From: Geobacter metallireducens GS-15
GTDB lineage: Bacteria > Desulfobacterota > Desulfuromonadia > Geobacterales > Geobacteraceae
NCBI RefSeq assembly: GCF_000012925.1
Contig: NC_007517.1
Location: 3,630,001 to 3,662,000, forward strand
DNA: 32,000 bases
Direction: 5' to 3'
Shown here: positions 1 to 9,529 of the stretch, in pieces
Position numbering within the stretch: position 1 is the stretch's first letter
Layout of the letters: the number at the start of each line of letters is the position of its first letter
Position numbers and translations under genes: made by a program
The notes under the pieces: generated by a model
Seen by the model: the letters and a program-made list of their open reading frames with translations, nothing else
What the model was told of the DNA's origin: nothing
The model's database searches: none

Positions 1-566
1 TTGTATGCGCTGACTCCCTTCTCAAAGAGGGTCTGCTCGTTCTCTCCCCCCTTGCGCGTGGCCGGAGAGGGAGAAACGGCCTTTGACGCCGGCACCTCGG
101 ACGCCCTAGGTGGCGAGGAGGGACGGGTCGTAGCCGCAGGCAACTTGACCACCGGCTTTGCCTCCTTTGAAGCAGGGGTCACCGCCTGATGCTTTCTGGC
201 ACCCTTCCGCTTCTCTGCAGGCTTGGCACGGCGTGTCGGCGCCGCGGTTTCCTCGCCGTGACCGGGAGGCAGGGGAACCAGGAGTTTATGGCCCGCATAG
301 ATCAGGTTGGGGTTCGCAATCTCGTTAAAGAGCAGAATCTGGGAGAAGTAGGTTCCCTTGCCGCTGTATTTCCGCGACAGGCCATACAGGGTATCTCCCT
401 TTTCGATGGTGATGCGCTCGACAAGAACCCCCTCCTCGGGGCCCGCCAGTGGTTTGCCATCCGATGGTTCCGGAGCGTAGCGGAGATACTCCGCGCCACT
501 GGCTGAGGAAAGCGACGCAAGGGAGAGGACAAGAGACGACGCGACAAGTCTGAGAGTGCCGTTCAT
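1..566 (-). CDS. LysM-domain secreted protein, N-terminal part (C-terminus lies beyond the window start)
   Basis: Not in the supplied ORF track (no stop inside the window). My reverse-complement translation from ATG 566..564 gives MNGTLRLVASSLVLSLASLSSASG (signal-peptide-like), then ...VERITIEKGDTLYGLSRKYSGKGTYFSQILLFNEIANPNLIYAGHKLLVP (LysM signature). A P/A/K-rich linker follows, then ...ENEQTLFEKGVSAY, open to nt 3. The ATG lies 1 nt after the TGA (570..568) of the upstream gene. Confidence 0.75.
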   Translation of the reverse strand, partial: MNGTLRLVASSLVLSLASLSSASGAEYLRYAPEPSDGKPLAGPEEGVLVERITIEKGDTLYGLSRKYSGKGTYFSQILLFNEIANPNLIYAGHKLLVPLPPGHGEETAAPTRRAKPAEKRKGARKHQAVTPASKEAKPVVKLPAATTRPSSPPRASEVPASKAVSPSPATRKGGENEQTLFEKGVSAY

Positions 567-567
567 A

Positions 568-3558
568 TCAGTACCTGTTCCCGAGTTGATCCTGGTAGTT
601 CAGGACGTTCTTCACCTGGATGCTCCTGCCAACCGCGGTTCCCGCCTTGACCCTGAAGGTCACCTTGATGACCCGCTTCTCTCCAGCCCCCAGCTCGTCA
701 AACTTCCAGATGTAATCGCCGTTTTTCGCTCGACCGAAAGAAGGATCCGATGCGACCAGTTCCAGGTCTTCAGGGAGAACGCTCTGGAGTTCCACAGCCT
801 TGGCCATGCTCGAACCCCGGTTGGTGAAATTAAGCTCGAAGGAGGACACCTCGCCCGGCTTGAGCCTTCCCCCCTTGCCACTCATGGCCAGTTCAACCAC
901 AGGTCTAGCGTAGACCAACCGCAGGTTCGCGGTGACGCTTTTTGCCTTGTCGCTTTCCGGCTCGAAGGCCATGGAAACGGTGGCGGCTGTCCCGTCGCTC
1001 TCGGCGGCCGGCGTGGAGAGATCGAGGATCACGTAGGACTCCTCCTTAGGCGCCAGCGGCCCAACGTGGTTAATGATCGGCTCGTTCGTCTGGCGGATGC
1101 CGTCGCGGTTGAGGTCCTGATAGAAGGTATAGGTGACGTTGGGAGGAAGTTGCGGCTTGATGAGGAAATCCTCCCGCACGTTGCCGGTGTTGGTAACGAT
1201 AAGGGGCACGGCTATTGACTGGCCGGGAATCACGACCAGCTTGTCGCTGTTGGTCCTGACGGCGACGCCGCTCACTGGCTTCACGAAGGAAGAGGCCGAG
1301 ATGAAGGAATCCCGGGTCTGGAGTTCAGTATTGACCACGTCTGCCCGCAGGAAGAGCTCTTGTTGAGCGATTGCCTCATCCTTCAGCTGGAAGGCCACAT
1401 CGAATTCCCTGCTCTCTCCCGATGCGAGACGTATGGCGTCAAGCACCAGCGCCGCCTTCATCTCTTGCTTGAGGCCGGTCCCCACCGGGCTTACCGGTTC
1501 GTACTGGGGCGGATAGTTAAGCCGCAGGCTTACCCCCTGGGCAGTGGCGGTACCGATGTTGAGGAGCGTCACCCGATAGGCGACCTTCTCTCCGGGAAGA
1601 ATCTGACCCTTGTCGGTCTTGACCACGGCGCGGAGAAGCGGCGCCGAGGCGGCAAACATGATATCCCGGGCCTGGGTGGCATCCCTGTCCATACGCGAGG
1701 CAATCTTGATGGGATAGATCATCTTCTGGCCATCGATGTACTCGCGCGGAACGGTAACGGAGACCACACCGTTGAAACGTTCCCCGGGAGCGATGGGCGG
1801 CGTCATGTTGACGGGGATTTCCTTCCTGGCTGCATCGGCGAACTGGGCTCCGAACTCGGCAGGAAAGCCCGATTCGAGATAGAAACTGTCGGTGCCGTTA
1901 CCCCTGTTGGCCACTTCAAAGGGAATGTCGTGCCGCTTGCCGACCTCCAGGCTTTGGGAGACCGGGGCAACCGTCAGGTCCGCATCGGCAAACTGACCCA
2001 CCTCCAGAGAGAGGATCTGGGCGTTCTTTTCGGAAGGTGCCGGCTTCGACGCCACGGCGGCGGTACCGGGAACCGGATAGACAATGCCGAGATCCTTCAG
2101 CTTGGCCGTCGCTGTTGCCGCGGCCCTGGTCCCCGGGAAACGGTCGATGAGCGACTTGTATTCGCCGATGGCCTTTTCCCTGAGAGTTGCACGTTTGCTG
2201 GCCTCCGCCTTTTCCGCAGTCAGTTTTTCCGCTGCGGCCCGTTCCCTTGTGGCCTTCTCGGCTGCGAGACGATCAGCCTCGGCCTTCTCCCGGGCCTTCT
2301 GTTCGGCAAGCCGGAGCTCCGCAGCCGCCTTCTCTGCAGCCACTTTTTCGGCGGCAAGGCGTTCGGCAGCACGCTTCTCGGCTTCCGCCTTCTCTCGGGC
2401 CGCCTGCTCAGCCGCCGACTTCTCCCTGGCAGCCTTCTCCGCGGCGATCCGCTCGGCAGCGGCCCGGTCAGCGGCGAGCGTTTCTGCAGCAGCGCGCTCG
2501 ACAGCAGCCTTTTCGTCAGCCGCCTTCAACGCGGCAAGGCGCTCAGCCTCGACCTTCTCCCTGGCCGTTTTTTCCGCCGCCAGACGCTCGGCTTCCGCCT
2601 TTTCCCGCGCAAACTTCTCCGCTGCCAGGCGTTCCGCAGCAGCCCGCTCCGCAGCGGCTTTCTCGACTGCGGCACGTTCCGCAGCGGCTTTTTCCGCAGC
2701 CGCCTTTTCCAGGGCCAAGCGCTCAGCCTCGGCCTTCTCCTTGGCGGCCTTCTCCGAGGCCAGTCGCTCAGCCTCAGCCTTCTCCTTCGCAAGCTTCTCC
2801 GCTGCCAGGCGCTCAGCCTCAGCCCGTTCCGCTGCGGCCTTTTCCGCAGCCGCACGCTCTGCGGCCGCCTTCTCGGCCGTTGCCTTCGCCAGGGCCATGC
2901 GCTCGGCTTCCGCCTTCTCCCGGGCAGCCTTCTCCGCTGCCATACGTTCGGCGGCAACCCGTTCCGCCGCAGCCTTCTCTGCAGCGGCCCGCTCTGCCGC
3001 AACCTTTTCCGCAGCAGCCTTCTCCGCCGCAAGGCGCTCGGCCTCGGACACGGTGCGCGCAGCCTGCTCCGCGGCCTGCTTTGCCGCCGCAGTCTTTTCC
3101 GCCAGCGCCTTCCGTTCCGGCGCCGGAGCAGCGGCAACCGTCGCGGATGCCGGACGCTTAGCCGTAACGGGAAGCTGCTCCCCCTTGTCGAAGCGCGCCA
3201 CAAGCCCAAGAAGCTCATCCTCGACGGTTCCCTTGAGAGGGCTGTCGGGATACTCCTTCATGAACTGGGACATGTACCGTGCCGCGTCCCGCTCGAACCC
3301 CGCCTTGAAATTGGCCCGGGCAAGCCAGAAGATGGCCATGTCGCGCAAGGGAGTGTCGGGGTATTTCTCAAGGACCGTCTTCATCCGCTCGATGGCGGTC
3401 TGGTAGTCCTTTTTCTGGTAGGCGTTGAAACCTGCGATGAATACCTGGGAATCGTCGGAGTTGACAGCATAGACGGGAGTGGAAAGGAGCGACGCGATTA
3501 TGAGACATCCGGTCAGGCACCGGAAAGCGGCAGTGCGGAAATATTTCATAAAATCCAC
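568..3558 (-). CDS. Large envelope protein: signal peptide + YbgF/BamD-like TPR + TolA-domain-II-like Ala/Glu/Lys helical spacer + four DUF11/CARDB-like beta-sandwich modules
   Basis: 996-aa ORF with GTG start at 3558 (SD-like GAAAGG 8 nt upstream; alternative ATG at 3549). N-terminus KYFRTAAFRCLTGCLIIASLLSTPVYA is signal-peptide-like. TPR-like segment: FNAYQKKDYQTAIERMKTVLEKYPDTPLRDMAIFWLARANF. Residues 151-455 are Ala/Glu/Lys-Arg pentads. The C-terminal ~490 aa contain four modules with the x-N-x-G signature (EVANRGNG, TLLNIGTA, IVTNTGNV, NFTNRGSS); the last one (GDYIWKFDELGAGEKRVIKVTFRVKAG) looks like the DUF11 conserved repeat. Confidence 0.85.
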   Translation of the reverse strand: MDFMKYFRTAAFRCLTGCLIIASLLSTPVYAVNSDDSQVFIAGFNAYQKKDYQTAIERMKTVLEKYPDTPLRDMAIFWLARANFKAGFERDAARYMSQFMKEYPDSPLKGTVEDELLGLVARFDKGEQLPVTAKRPASATVAAAPAPERKALAEKTAAAKQAAEQAARTVSEAERLAAEKAAAEKVAAERAAAEKAAAERVAAERMAAEKAAREKAEAERMALAKATAEKAAAERAAAEKAAAERAEAERLAAEKLAKEKAEAERLASEKAAKEKAEAERLALEKAAAEKAAAERAAVEKAAAERAAAERLAAEKFAREKAEAERLAAEKTAREKVEAERLAALKAADEKAAVERAAAETLAADRAAAERIAAEKAAREKSAAEQAAREKAEAEKRAAERLAAEKVAAEKAAAELRLAEQKAREKAEADRLAAEKATRERAAAEKLTAEKAEASKRATLREKAIGEYKSLIDRFPGTRAAATATAKLKDLGIVYPVPGTAAVASKPAPSEKNAQILSLEVGQFADADLTVAPVSQSLEVGKRHDIPFEVANRGNGTDSFYLESGFPAEFGAQFADAARKEIPVNMTPPIAPGERFNGVVSVTVPREYIDGQKMIYPIKIASRMDRDATQARDIMFAASAPLLRAVVKTDKGQILPGEKVAYRVTLLNIGTATAQGVSLRLNYPPQYEPVSPVGTGLKQEMKAALVLDAIRLASGESREFDVAFQLKDEAIAQQELFLRADVVNTELQTRDSFISASSFVKPVSGVAVRTNSDKLVVIPGQSIAVPLIVTNTGNVREDFLIKPQLPPNVTYTFYQDLNRDGIRQTNEPIINHVGPLAPKEESYVILDLSTPAAESDGTAATVSMAFEPESDKAKSVTANLRLVYARPVVELAMSGKGGRLKPGEVSSFELNFTNRGSSMAKAVELQSVLPEDLELVASDPSFGRAKNGDYIWKFDELGAGEKRVIKVTFRVKAGTAVGRSIQVKNVLNYQDQLGNRY
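2194..3108 (-). repeat. In-frame 15-nt (pentapeptide x-A-A-E-K/R) tandem repeat, ~61 consecutive units with a 45-nt (15-aa) super-repeat EKAEAERLAxEKxAx
   Basis: Protein residues 151-455 read in blocks of five: LAAEK AAAEK VAAER AAAEK AAAER VAAER MAAEK AAREK AEAER ... No indel breaks the register. On the + strand this appears as gccttctccgc-type 15-mers. Confidence 0.9.
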
Positions 3559-3755
3559 GGGCTTGACCTTTCCCTTCGTGAGGGCAAAGAAATTAAGGTA
3601 ATTAGATTCAGTTACATAGCATCATAACACCCGCTTGTCAACGATGAATGCCGGCGCGAGGCCCCGTAACTACGCGAAAAACGGCCATACAAAACTTTGA
3701 ATTCCGGGGTCCCGACCCTCTTTTCAACGGAGCCCTCACTCGGTATACTGGCCCC

Positions 3756-5600
3756 ATGTTCGACAAATCTCGCCTGAACACCCTCCCCGAATCCCCCGGC
3801 GTCTACCTCATGAAAGGGTCAGACGGCACCATCCTCTACGTGGGGAAGGCCAAGAGCCTCAGGAAACGGGTTCGCTCCTACTTCGGCGCTGCCGGTGAAT
3901 CCCGCTACCACATCCGGTTCCTCGTGGCCCGGGTGGCGGAAGTGGAGGTCATTGTCACCGACACCGAGAAAGAGGCTCTCATCCTCGAGAACACTCTCAT
4001 CAAGAAGCATCGCCCCCGTTATAACCTGGACCTGCGGGACGACAAGACCTACTTCTCGCTCCGCATGGACATGAACGAGGAGTTCCCCCGACTCACCATC
4101 ATCCGGAAGGTGCGCCAGGACGGAGCCCGCTATTTCGGCCCCTATTCATCGGCCGCTTCGGCCCGCGAAGCCCTTAAGCAGCTCTACCGGCTCTTTCCCC
4201 TGCGCCACTACCCCCTTGAAACCTGCCGCCGGCGCCGGCGCCCCTGCCTCTTCTACCAGCTTAGGCAGTGCTCGGCTCCGTGTCACGGCCTCATCTCACC
4301 CGAGGAATACCAGGGCCTCGTCCAGGGGGCCGCCCTCTTTCTGGACGGGAAGAACCGTGACCTTCTGAAGACCTACCGGGAACGGATGGCATCCGCGGCA
4401 GCGAACGAGCGCTACGAGGAGGCGGCCCGCTACCGGGACCTCATCCGCGCCATCGAGGTAACGGTGGAAAAACAGAAAATGGTGACCACGGGAGGAGATG
4501 CCGACGTTCTCGGCATACACCGGGAAGGGAGCTCCCTCTCCCTCGCCCTCCTCTTCATCAGGGGAGGGCGTCTCATCGGCAGCCGCAGCTACCTTCTCGC
4601 CTGGGAACTGGAGGACGAGGAGGCCGTTTCGTCATTCCTCAACGACTACTACAGCCGGGAGGTCTTCATCCCCGACGAGGTGCTTGTTCCGCTGCCCGTG
4701 GCCGACAGCGCGGCACTGGCGGAACTTCTCTCCGAGCGGCGGGGCAAGCGGACAAGCGTAGCGCACCCCCAACGGGGAACAAAGGCCGGTCTGGTCAAAC
4801 TCGCGGGGAAGAACGCCGAGGCGGCCCTTCGGGAGAAGCAGAAACGGGAGGAAGGAGCGGAAGCGGTCCTGACGGAACTGAAGGAACGGCTCCACCTGCG
4901 GAACCTCCCCCGCTGCATCGAGTGCTATGACATATCGAACATCCAGGGGACCTACCCAGTGGGAAGCAGGGTCTCGTTCCGTGACGGCAAGGCGGACAAG
5001 GGAGGCTATCGCCACTACCGGATCAAGACGGTCGCCGGCGCCGACGACTTCGCCATGATGCACGAGGTCCTCTCACGCCGGTTCAGGGACAGCCCGGCCA
5101 AGGACGAACATCCCGACCTGATTGTGGTTGACGGCGGCATCGGACAGTTGAACATCCTGACCGCCGTTCTCCGGGAGTTGCAGGTGGAGGATGTGGATGC
5201 CGCCTCCTTGGCCAAGAGCCGGGTGGAACGGGACATGGCGGCGGAAGAGCTGACACGGAGCACCGAGCGGGTCTTCCTCCCGGGCCGCAAAAACCCGGTG
5301 ATCCTCCGCCAGAACAGCGCGCCACTCCTCCTCCTGGCACGGATCCGCGACGAGGCCCACCGCTTCGCCATCACCTACCACCAGAAACTGCGGGGAAAAG
5401 ACACCATCCGGTCGATCCTCGACACCATTCCAGGAATCGGGCCGAAACGGCGGAAGGAACTTCTGCGGCAATTCGGAAGCCTGCGGCGAATACGGGAAGC
5501 GAGTCGGGATGAGCTGGCCGCCACCCCGACCATTCCGCCGACCCTAGCCGAGAGCATCTGGAAATCTCTCCACGAAAACGACGAAGGCGACACCCCCTGA
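3756..5600 (+). CDS. uvrC: Excinuclease ABC subunit C
   Basis: [43 protein letters not shown] is the GIY-YIG N-terminus. A UvrBC-interaction region, an RNase H-like endonuclease domain and a C-terminal (HhH)2 ([18 protein letters not shown]) follow. Start set at ATG 3756; the track's 36-aa upstream extension from 3648 is not UvrC-like. Confidence 0.95.
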   Translation: MFDKSRLNTLPESPGVYLMKGSDGTILYVGKAKSLRKRVRSYFGAAGESRYHIRFLVARVAEVEVIVTDTEKEALILENTLIKKHRPRYNLDLRDDKTYFSLRMDMNEEFPRLTIIRKVRQDGARYFGPYSSAASAREALKQLYRLFPLRHYPLETCRRRRRPCLFYQLRQCSAPCHGLISPEEYQGLVQGAALFLDGKNRDLLKTYRERMASAAANERYEEAARYRDLIRAIEVTVEKQKMVTTGGDADVLGIHREGSSLSLALLFIRGGRLIGSRSYLLAWELEDEEAVSSFLNDYYSREVFIPDEVLVPLPVADSAALAELLSERRGKRTSVAHPQRGTKAGLVKLAGKNAEAALREKQKREEGAEAVLTELKERLHLRNLPRCIECYDISNIQGTYPVGSRVSFRDGKADKGGYRHYRIKTVAGADDFAMMHEVLSRRFRDSPAKDEHPDLIVVDGGIGQLNILTAVLRELQVEDVDAASLAKSRVERDMAAEELTRSTERVFLPGRKNPVILRQNSAPLLLLARIRDEAHRFAITYHQKLRGKDTIRSILDTIPGIGPKRRKELLRQFGSLRRIREASRDELAATPTIPPTLAESIWKSLHENDEGDTP

Positions 5601-5639
5601 AAGGGATGCCGCCTTCGGGCGCTCCAGTGGAAACTCCCC

Positions 5640-6161
5640 CTATTTTTCGGCCAGGAGCTTCTTGATGAGGGTTTCCATGTTCTTGAGGGTGGCGTCCGAA
5701 CCTCCCATGAACCTGTCGGCCACATTTCCCCTCTTGTCGATGACGTACACCGTGGGGAGGGACCGGAGACCGTAATCGGTCTGGACATCCTGGCCGGCAA
5801 GGGCCACGGGATAGACTATCCGCTTGCTGGCGATGAAGTCCTTGACTGCCCCCTCATCGCCATCGTCAAGCGAGAGCCCCAGGACCTGGAGTCCCTGCCT
5901 GCCGTACTTCCTGCTGATGCCATTCAGATGCGGAATAGCCTCTCTGCAGGGGGGGCACCAGGTGGCGAAAAAATCGATGACCAACACATACCCCTTGTAA
6001 TTGGCGAGACTTATCTGCTGCCCGGAGGTGCTTACCACCTTGAGGGGCGGGGCAGGCTGCCCTTTCTGGGGGATGGCAAGCGACGGCGAGGCAACCGCCA
6101 TCGTAAAACCGGCCGCCGCAACAAAAGCTCTCAAAACAGGGACTATCCGCATAAGAGGCAC
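5640..6161 (-). CDS. Periplasmic thiol:disulfide oxidoreductase, TlpA/ResA/redoxin family
   Basis: Signal peptide MPLMRIVPVLRAFVAAAGFTMAVASPSLA. Thioredoxin-fold active site FFATWCPPCREAIPHL. 173 aa. Confidence 0.85.
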   Translation of the reverse strand: MPLMRIVPVLRAFVAAAGFTMAVASPSLAIPQKGQPAPPLKVVSTSGQQISLANYKGYVLVIDFFATWCPPCREAIPHLNGISRKYGRQGLQVLGLSLDDGDEGAVKDFIASKRIVYPVALAGQDVQTDYGLRSLPTVYVIDKRGNVADRFMGGSDATLKNMETLIKKLLAEK

Positions 6162-6181
6162 AACTCCTGAGTTAGTTCGAG

Positions 6182-6511
6182 CTAGAGCGCCTTCTTGATG
6201 AGGGCCTCAAGCTGAGCCTTGGGAACAGCCCCTACGACCTGGTCGACAACCTTGCCGTCCTTGAAGAGGATGACCGTAGGGATGCCGCGTACGCCATACT
6301 TGCCGGGGGTGCCGGGGTTGTCGTCCACGTTTACCTTGCCGACCTTCACCTTGCCGTCGTACTCGTCGGCAATGGCGTCGATGACCGGGGCGATGGCCTT
6401 GCAGGGGGCGCACCAGGTGGCCCAGAAATCCACAAGGACCGGAACGGTAGCCTTGAGCACATCGGTATCGAAGTTATCATCACTGAACGTCAGCACCTTT
6501 TCACTGGCCAT
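6182..6511 (-). CDS. trxA: Thioredoxin
   Basis: [51 protein letters not shown]...[14 protein letters not shown]. The active site is WCAPC rather than the canonical WCGPC. Start set at ATG 6511, preceded by AAGGAGG (6 nt spacing); the track's start at 6532 adds 7 aa. Confidence 0.93.
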   Translation of the reverse strand: MASEKVLTFSDDNFDTDVLKATVPVLVDFWATWCAPCKAIAPVIDAIADEYDGKVKVGKVNVDDNPGTPGKYGVRGIPTVILFKDGKVVDQVVGAVPKAQLEALIKKAL

Positions 6512-6545
6512 GGAAGCCTCCTTGTCAAACAAATTGTACTTTTAG

Positions 6546-6574
6546 AATATAGACGAGCTTCCCCGAAACATCAA
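6546..6574 (-). promoter_or_regulatory. Candidate sigma70-type promoter for trxA
   Basis: On the minus strand, TTGATG (6574..6569), a 17-nt spacer, then TATATT (6551..6546), about 35 nt upstream of the trxA ATG. Hexamer match only. Confidence 0.3.
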
Positions 6575-6671
6575 GGAGGAAAACGGCACCGTTTCCCCTC
6601 CCCTTGGCAATCGGCCTGAAATCTGGTACACACACATATCGTTACTTACCCTAGCGAAACTACCGGATTCC

Positions 6672-7346
6672 ATGTCCCAATTCCCCGTAAACCTGAACCT
6701 TCGCGAGCGGAATGCCGTCATCGTCGGCGGCGGTGCCGTTGCCGCACGCAAGTGCCTTCTCCTTATGGAAGCGGGAGCGCGGGTCACCGTGATCGCTCCC
6801 CGCCTCGATCCCCGCCTGGAAGAACTTCGGAGGGAAGGCTGGATCATCTGCCACGCCCGCCAGTACGGGGAGGGGGACCTTGCAGATGCCTTTCTCGCCT
6901 TCGCAGCCACGGACAACCCCGCCGTGAACCTGCACGTGGCCAGGGACGCGGCTGCCCTCGGCATCCTTGTGGACATCACCGGTGCGCCGGAGCACGGAAG
7001 TTTTACAACTCCGGCGCACTTCCGCAGGGGAGATCTTCTGGTCGCCGTCTCCACGGGAGGGAAGAGCCCGGCCCTGGCTCAGAGCATCTGTAACGATCTG
7101 GCACAACGATTCGGCCCCGAATACGCTGAAACCGTTGCGATACTTGGCGCAGTCCGTGAAAAGCTGTTGACTGTCCGCGGCAACCGCACCTACAATAAGG
7201 CGGTTTTACGCACCCTTGCCGATGCCGACCTCCCCGGCCTGATCCGGCGGGGGGAATACGAAACGATCGACCGCCTCCTCGTGACCCACGCCGGCCCCGG
7301 TTTTACCCTGGCCTCGCTGGGAACGAGGACCGAGGACCCCGCATGA
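6672..7346 (+). CDS. Siroheme synthase N-terminal-domain protein (precorrin-2 dehydrogenase / sirohydrochlorin ferrochelatase, SirC/Met8-like)
   Basis: VNLNLRERNAVIVGGGAVAARKCLLLMEAGARVTVIAP is a Rossmann NAD motif typical of CysG-N/Met8. 224 aa. The stop overlaps the next ATG (ATGA at 7343..7346). Confidence 0.85.
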   Translation: MSQFPVNLNLRERNAVIVGGGAVAARKCLLLMEAGARVTVIAPRLDPRLEELRREGWIICHARQYGEGDLADAFLAFAATDNPAVNLHVARDAAALGILVDITGAPEHGSFTTPAHFRRGDLLVAVSTGGKSPALAQSICNDLAQRFGPEYAETVAILGAVREKLLTVRGNRTYNKAVLRTLADADLPGLIRRGEYETIDRLLVTHAGPGFTLASLGTRTEDPA

Positions 7347-8158
7347 ACGCCCTGTTCTTCAAACTGACCCTGGCCATCTACTTCGCAGCCACCATTGCCT
7401 ACCTGGCTTACCTCGTCAAACCCCGGGAAGTACTCGGCAAGGTTTCCTGCTGGATTCTCTCGGCGGGGTTCGTGGCTCACTGTGCCTACACGGTCGACCG
7501 GTACCTGGAGGCGGGACACACTCCCATCACCAACCTCCACGAGTCCCTCTCCTTCTTCAGTCTTGCCGTTGTAGGCATCTACATCCTCTTCGAGCGGAAA
7601 TACCGGATCTTCATCCTCGGCTCCTTCGTCACCCCTGTGGCATTCCTGCTCATGGCGGCCTCCACCGGCTTTCCCTCGGCCATCATGCCGTTGAATCCGG
7701 CCCTCAAGAGCAAATGGCTCATGGTCCACACGGTCATGGCGTTCCTGAGTTACGCCGCCTTCTCCGTTGCCTTTGGCGCCGCCATCATGTACCTGATCCA
7801 GCAGCATTTCCTCAAGAGCAAGAAGCTGGGCCCCATGTACCAGAAGCTTCCTTCCCTGGACATACTGGACGAGATCAACTATCGCTGCCTCACCATCGGG
7901 TTCCCGCTTCTCACCTTCGCCATCATCTCGGGTGCCATCTGGGCTGAATCCGCGTGGGGAACCTACTGGAGCTGGGACCCGAAGGAAACCTGGTCCCTCA
8001 TCACCTGGTTCGTCTACGCGGCGCTGCTCCACGGCAGGCTAACCACCGGATGGAGGGGAAAGAAGGCCGCCATTCTCGCCATTGTCGGCTTCTTCGTCCT
8101 CCTGTTCACCTTCCTCGGCGTGAACCTGTTCCTGTCGGGGCTGCACAGTTACAAATAA
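7343..8158 (+). CDS. Cytochrome c assembly family membrane protein (CcsA/HemX-like)
   Basis: Polytopic hydrophobic protein with the Trp-rich motif [25 protein letters not shown] (WWD-type heme-handling signature). Its position upstream of hemA matches hemAX-type operons. Confidence 0.85.
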   Translation: MNALFFKLTLAIYFAATIAYLAYLVKPREVLGKVSCWILSAGFVAHCAYTVDRYLEAGHTPITNLHESLSFFSLAVVGIYILFERKYRIFILGSFVTPVAFLLMAASTGFPSAIMPLNPALKSKWLMVHTVMAFLSYAAFSVAFGAAIMYLIQQHFLKSKKLGPMYQKLPSLDILDEINYRCLTIGFPLLTFAIISGAIWAESAWGTYWSWDPKETWSLITWFVYAALLHGRLTTGWRGKKAAILAIVGFFVLLFTFLGVNLFLSGLHSYK

Positions 8159-8174
8159 GAAGTCAGAGGATCCC

Positions 8175-9479
8175 ATGAACATTGTGGTTGTGGGGCTGTC
8201 ACACAAGACCGCCTCCGTCGATATACGGGAAAAAGTCGCCTTCGCACCGACACAGATGGAAAAGCCGCTGCGGGCGCTATTGGCCATCGAGGACATTGCC
8301 GAAGCGGTCATCGTTTCCACCTGCAATCGGGTGGAAGTATACATCTCCACCCGCGACATCGCCGGCGGGATGGCGCGGATCAAGCGTTTTCTGGCCGACT
8401 ACCACGGCATCTCCCCCGAAATCCTCGAACCTCACCTTTACGCCCACCACGGCGAGGCAGCCATCCGGCACGTCTTCCGGGTCGCTTCAAGCCTCGACTC
8501 CATGGTGGTGGGAGAGCCCCAGATCCTGGGCCAGATCAAGACCGCCTACGGTTACGCCGCCGAGTTCAAGACCAGCGGCATCATCCTCAACCGCTTCCTC
8601 CACAAGGCTTTCTCCGTGGCCAAGCGGGTGCGGACCGAAACGAAGATCGCCTCGTCGGCCGTCTCCGTCTCCTTTGCCGCGGTGGAACTGGCCCGAAAGA
8701 TTTTCGGCAATCTCTCGGACAAGACGGTCATGCTCATCGGCGCCGGCGAGATGTGCGAACTGGCAGCCAAGCACTTCATCAACAACGGGGTGCGGGGGGT
8801 CATGGTCACCAACCGGACCTACGAACGGGCCGTGAAGCTGGCCGAGGAGTTCGAGGGGAAACCGGTCTCCTTCGACGACCTCTTCGACCAGCTCCATAAG
8901 GCCGACATCGTTCTCTCCTCCACCGGCGCCACCCAATTCATCATCAAACCCAAGGACGTGGAGGAGGTGATCCGGCGCCGGAAGCTGAAGCCCATGTTCT
9001 TCATCGACATCGCGGTGCCTCGGGACATCGATCCCAAGGTGAACGACGTGGAGAACGTCTACCTCTATGACATGGACGACCTCCAGGGGGTCGTCGCCTC
9101 CAACCTGCAGCAGCGGGCCGAGGAGGCGAAAAAGGCCGAGGCGATTATCGACGAGGAAATCGGCCAGTTCCACAAGTGGCTCTCCAACCTGGAGGTGACG
9201 CCGACCATCGTGGCGCTCCGGTCGAAATTCGAGGAGACGCGGAAGGCCGAGTTGGAAAAGACCCTCGCCTCCTGGAAGGACCTCCCCCCCGACGGGGCCA
9301 AGCGGCTGGAGGCCCTCACCACCGCCATCGTCAACAAGCTCCTCCACCCCCCTACCGCAACCCTCAAGCGGGTGGGCCAGGGAGGGCGGACCGACCTCTA
9401 CGTGGATGCCCTCCGTACCCTCTTCGAGCTCCAGACCGGCGAGTCTGAGGCGGAGGAACTTGGAGAGCTGGAAGAGTAA
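8175..9479 (+). CDS. hemA: Glutamyl-tRNA reductase
   Basis: [23 protein letters not shown]...[10 protein letters not shown] (catalytic Cys motif), [10 protein letters not shown], and NADPH site [16 protein letters not shown]. 434 aa. Confidence 0.95.
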   Translation: MNIVVVGLSHKTASVDIREKVAFAPTQMEKPLRALLAIEDIAEAVIVSTCNRVEVYISTRDIAGGMARIKRFLADYHGISPEILEPHLYAHHGEAAIRHVFRVASSLDSMVVGEPQILGQIKTAYGYAAEFKTSGIILNRFLHKAFSVAKRVRTETKIASSAVSVSFAAVELARKIFGNLSDKTVMLIGAGEMCELAAKHFINNGVRGVMVTNRTYERAVKLAEEFEGKPVSFDDLFDQLHKADIVLSSTGATQFIIKPKDVEEVIRRRKLKPMFFIDIAVPRDIDPKVNDVENVYLYDMDDLQGVVASNLQQRAEEAKKAEAIIDEEIGQFHKWLSNLEVTPTIVALRSKFEETRKAELEKTLASWKDLPPDGAKRLEALTTAIVNKLLHPPTATLKRVGQGGRTDLYVDALRTLFELQTGESEAEELGELEE

Positions 9480-9529
9480 GACCCCTCAAAGCATTCCGCT
9501 GTTTTCATAGATAAAAAAAGGAGACTGCA

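Noticed and set aside
1-547. Track ORFs 1..189+, 189..506+ and 302..547- at the left edge.
   Set aside because: A different minus-strand frame (566..3) gives a clean signal peptide plus LysM domain and is coupled to the upstream stop. The listed ORFs have no recognisable features.
1360-3627. Long ORFs in four additional frames across the Ala/Glu/Lys repeat region: 1360..3627+ (755 aa), 2084..3406+ (440 aa), 2187..3161+ (324 aa) and 2526..3218- (230 aa).
   Set aside because: They arise from the 15-nt periodic, stop-poor GC-rich repeat. Their translations are low-complexity Arg/Ser/Pro/Leu strings with no domain signatures. The minus-strand 996-aa frame has a signal peptide, a TPR and DUF11-like modules.
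3648-3755. 36-aa N-terminal extension of uvrC from ATG 3648.
   Set aside because: UvrC homologs begin close to the GIY-YIG motif. The extension has no similarity to the family and covers the likely promoter region.
5601-5639. Small CGCC-TTCG-GGCG hairpin between the convergent uvrC and redoxin genes.
   Set aside because: It has a 4-bp stem and no T-tract on either strand, which is not enough to call a terminator.
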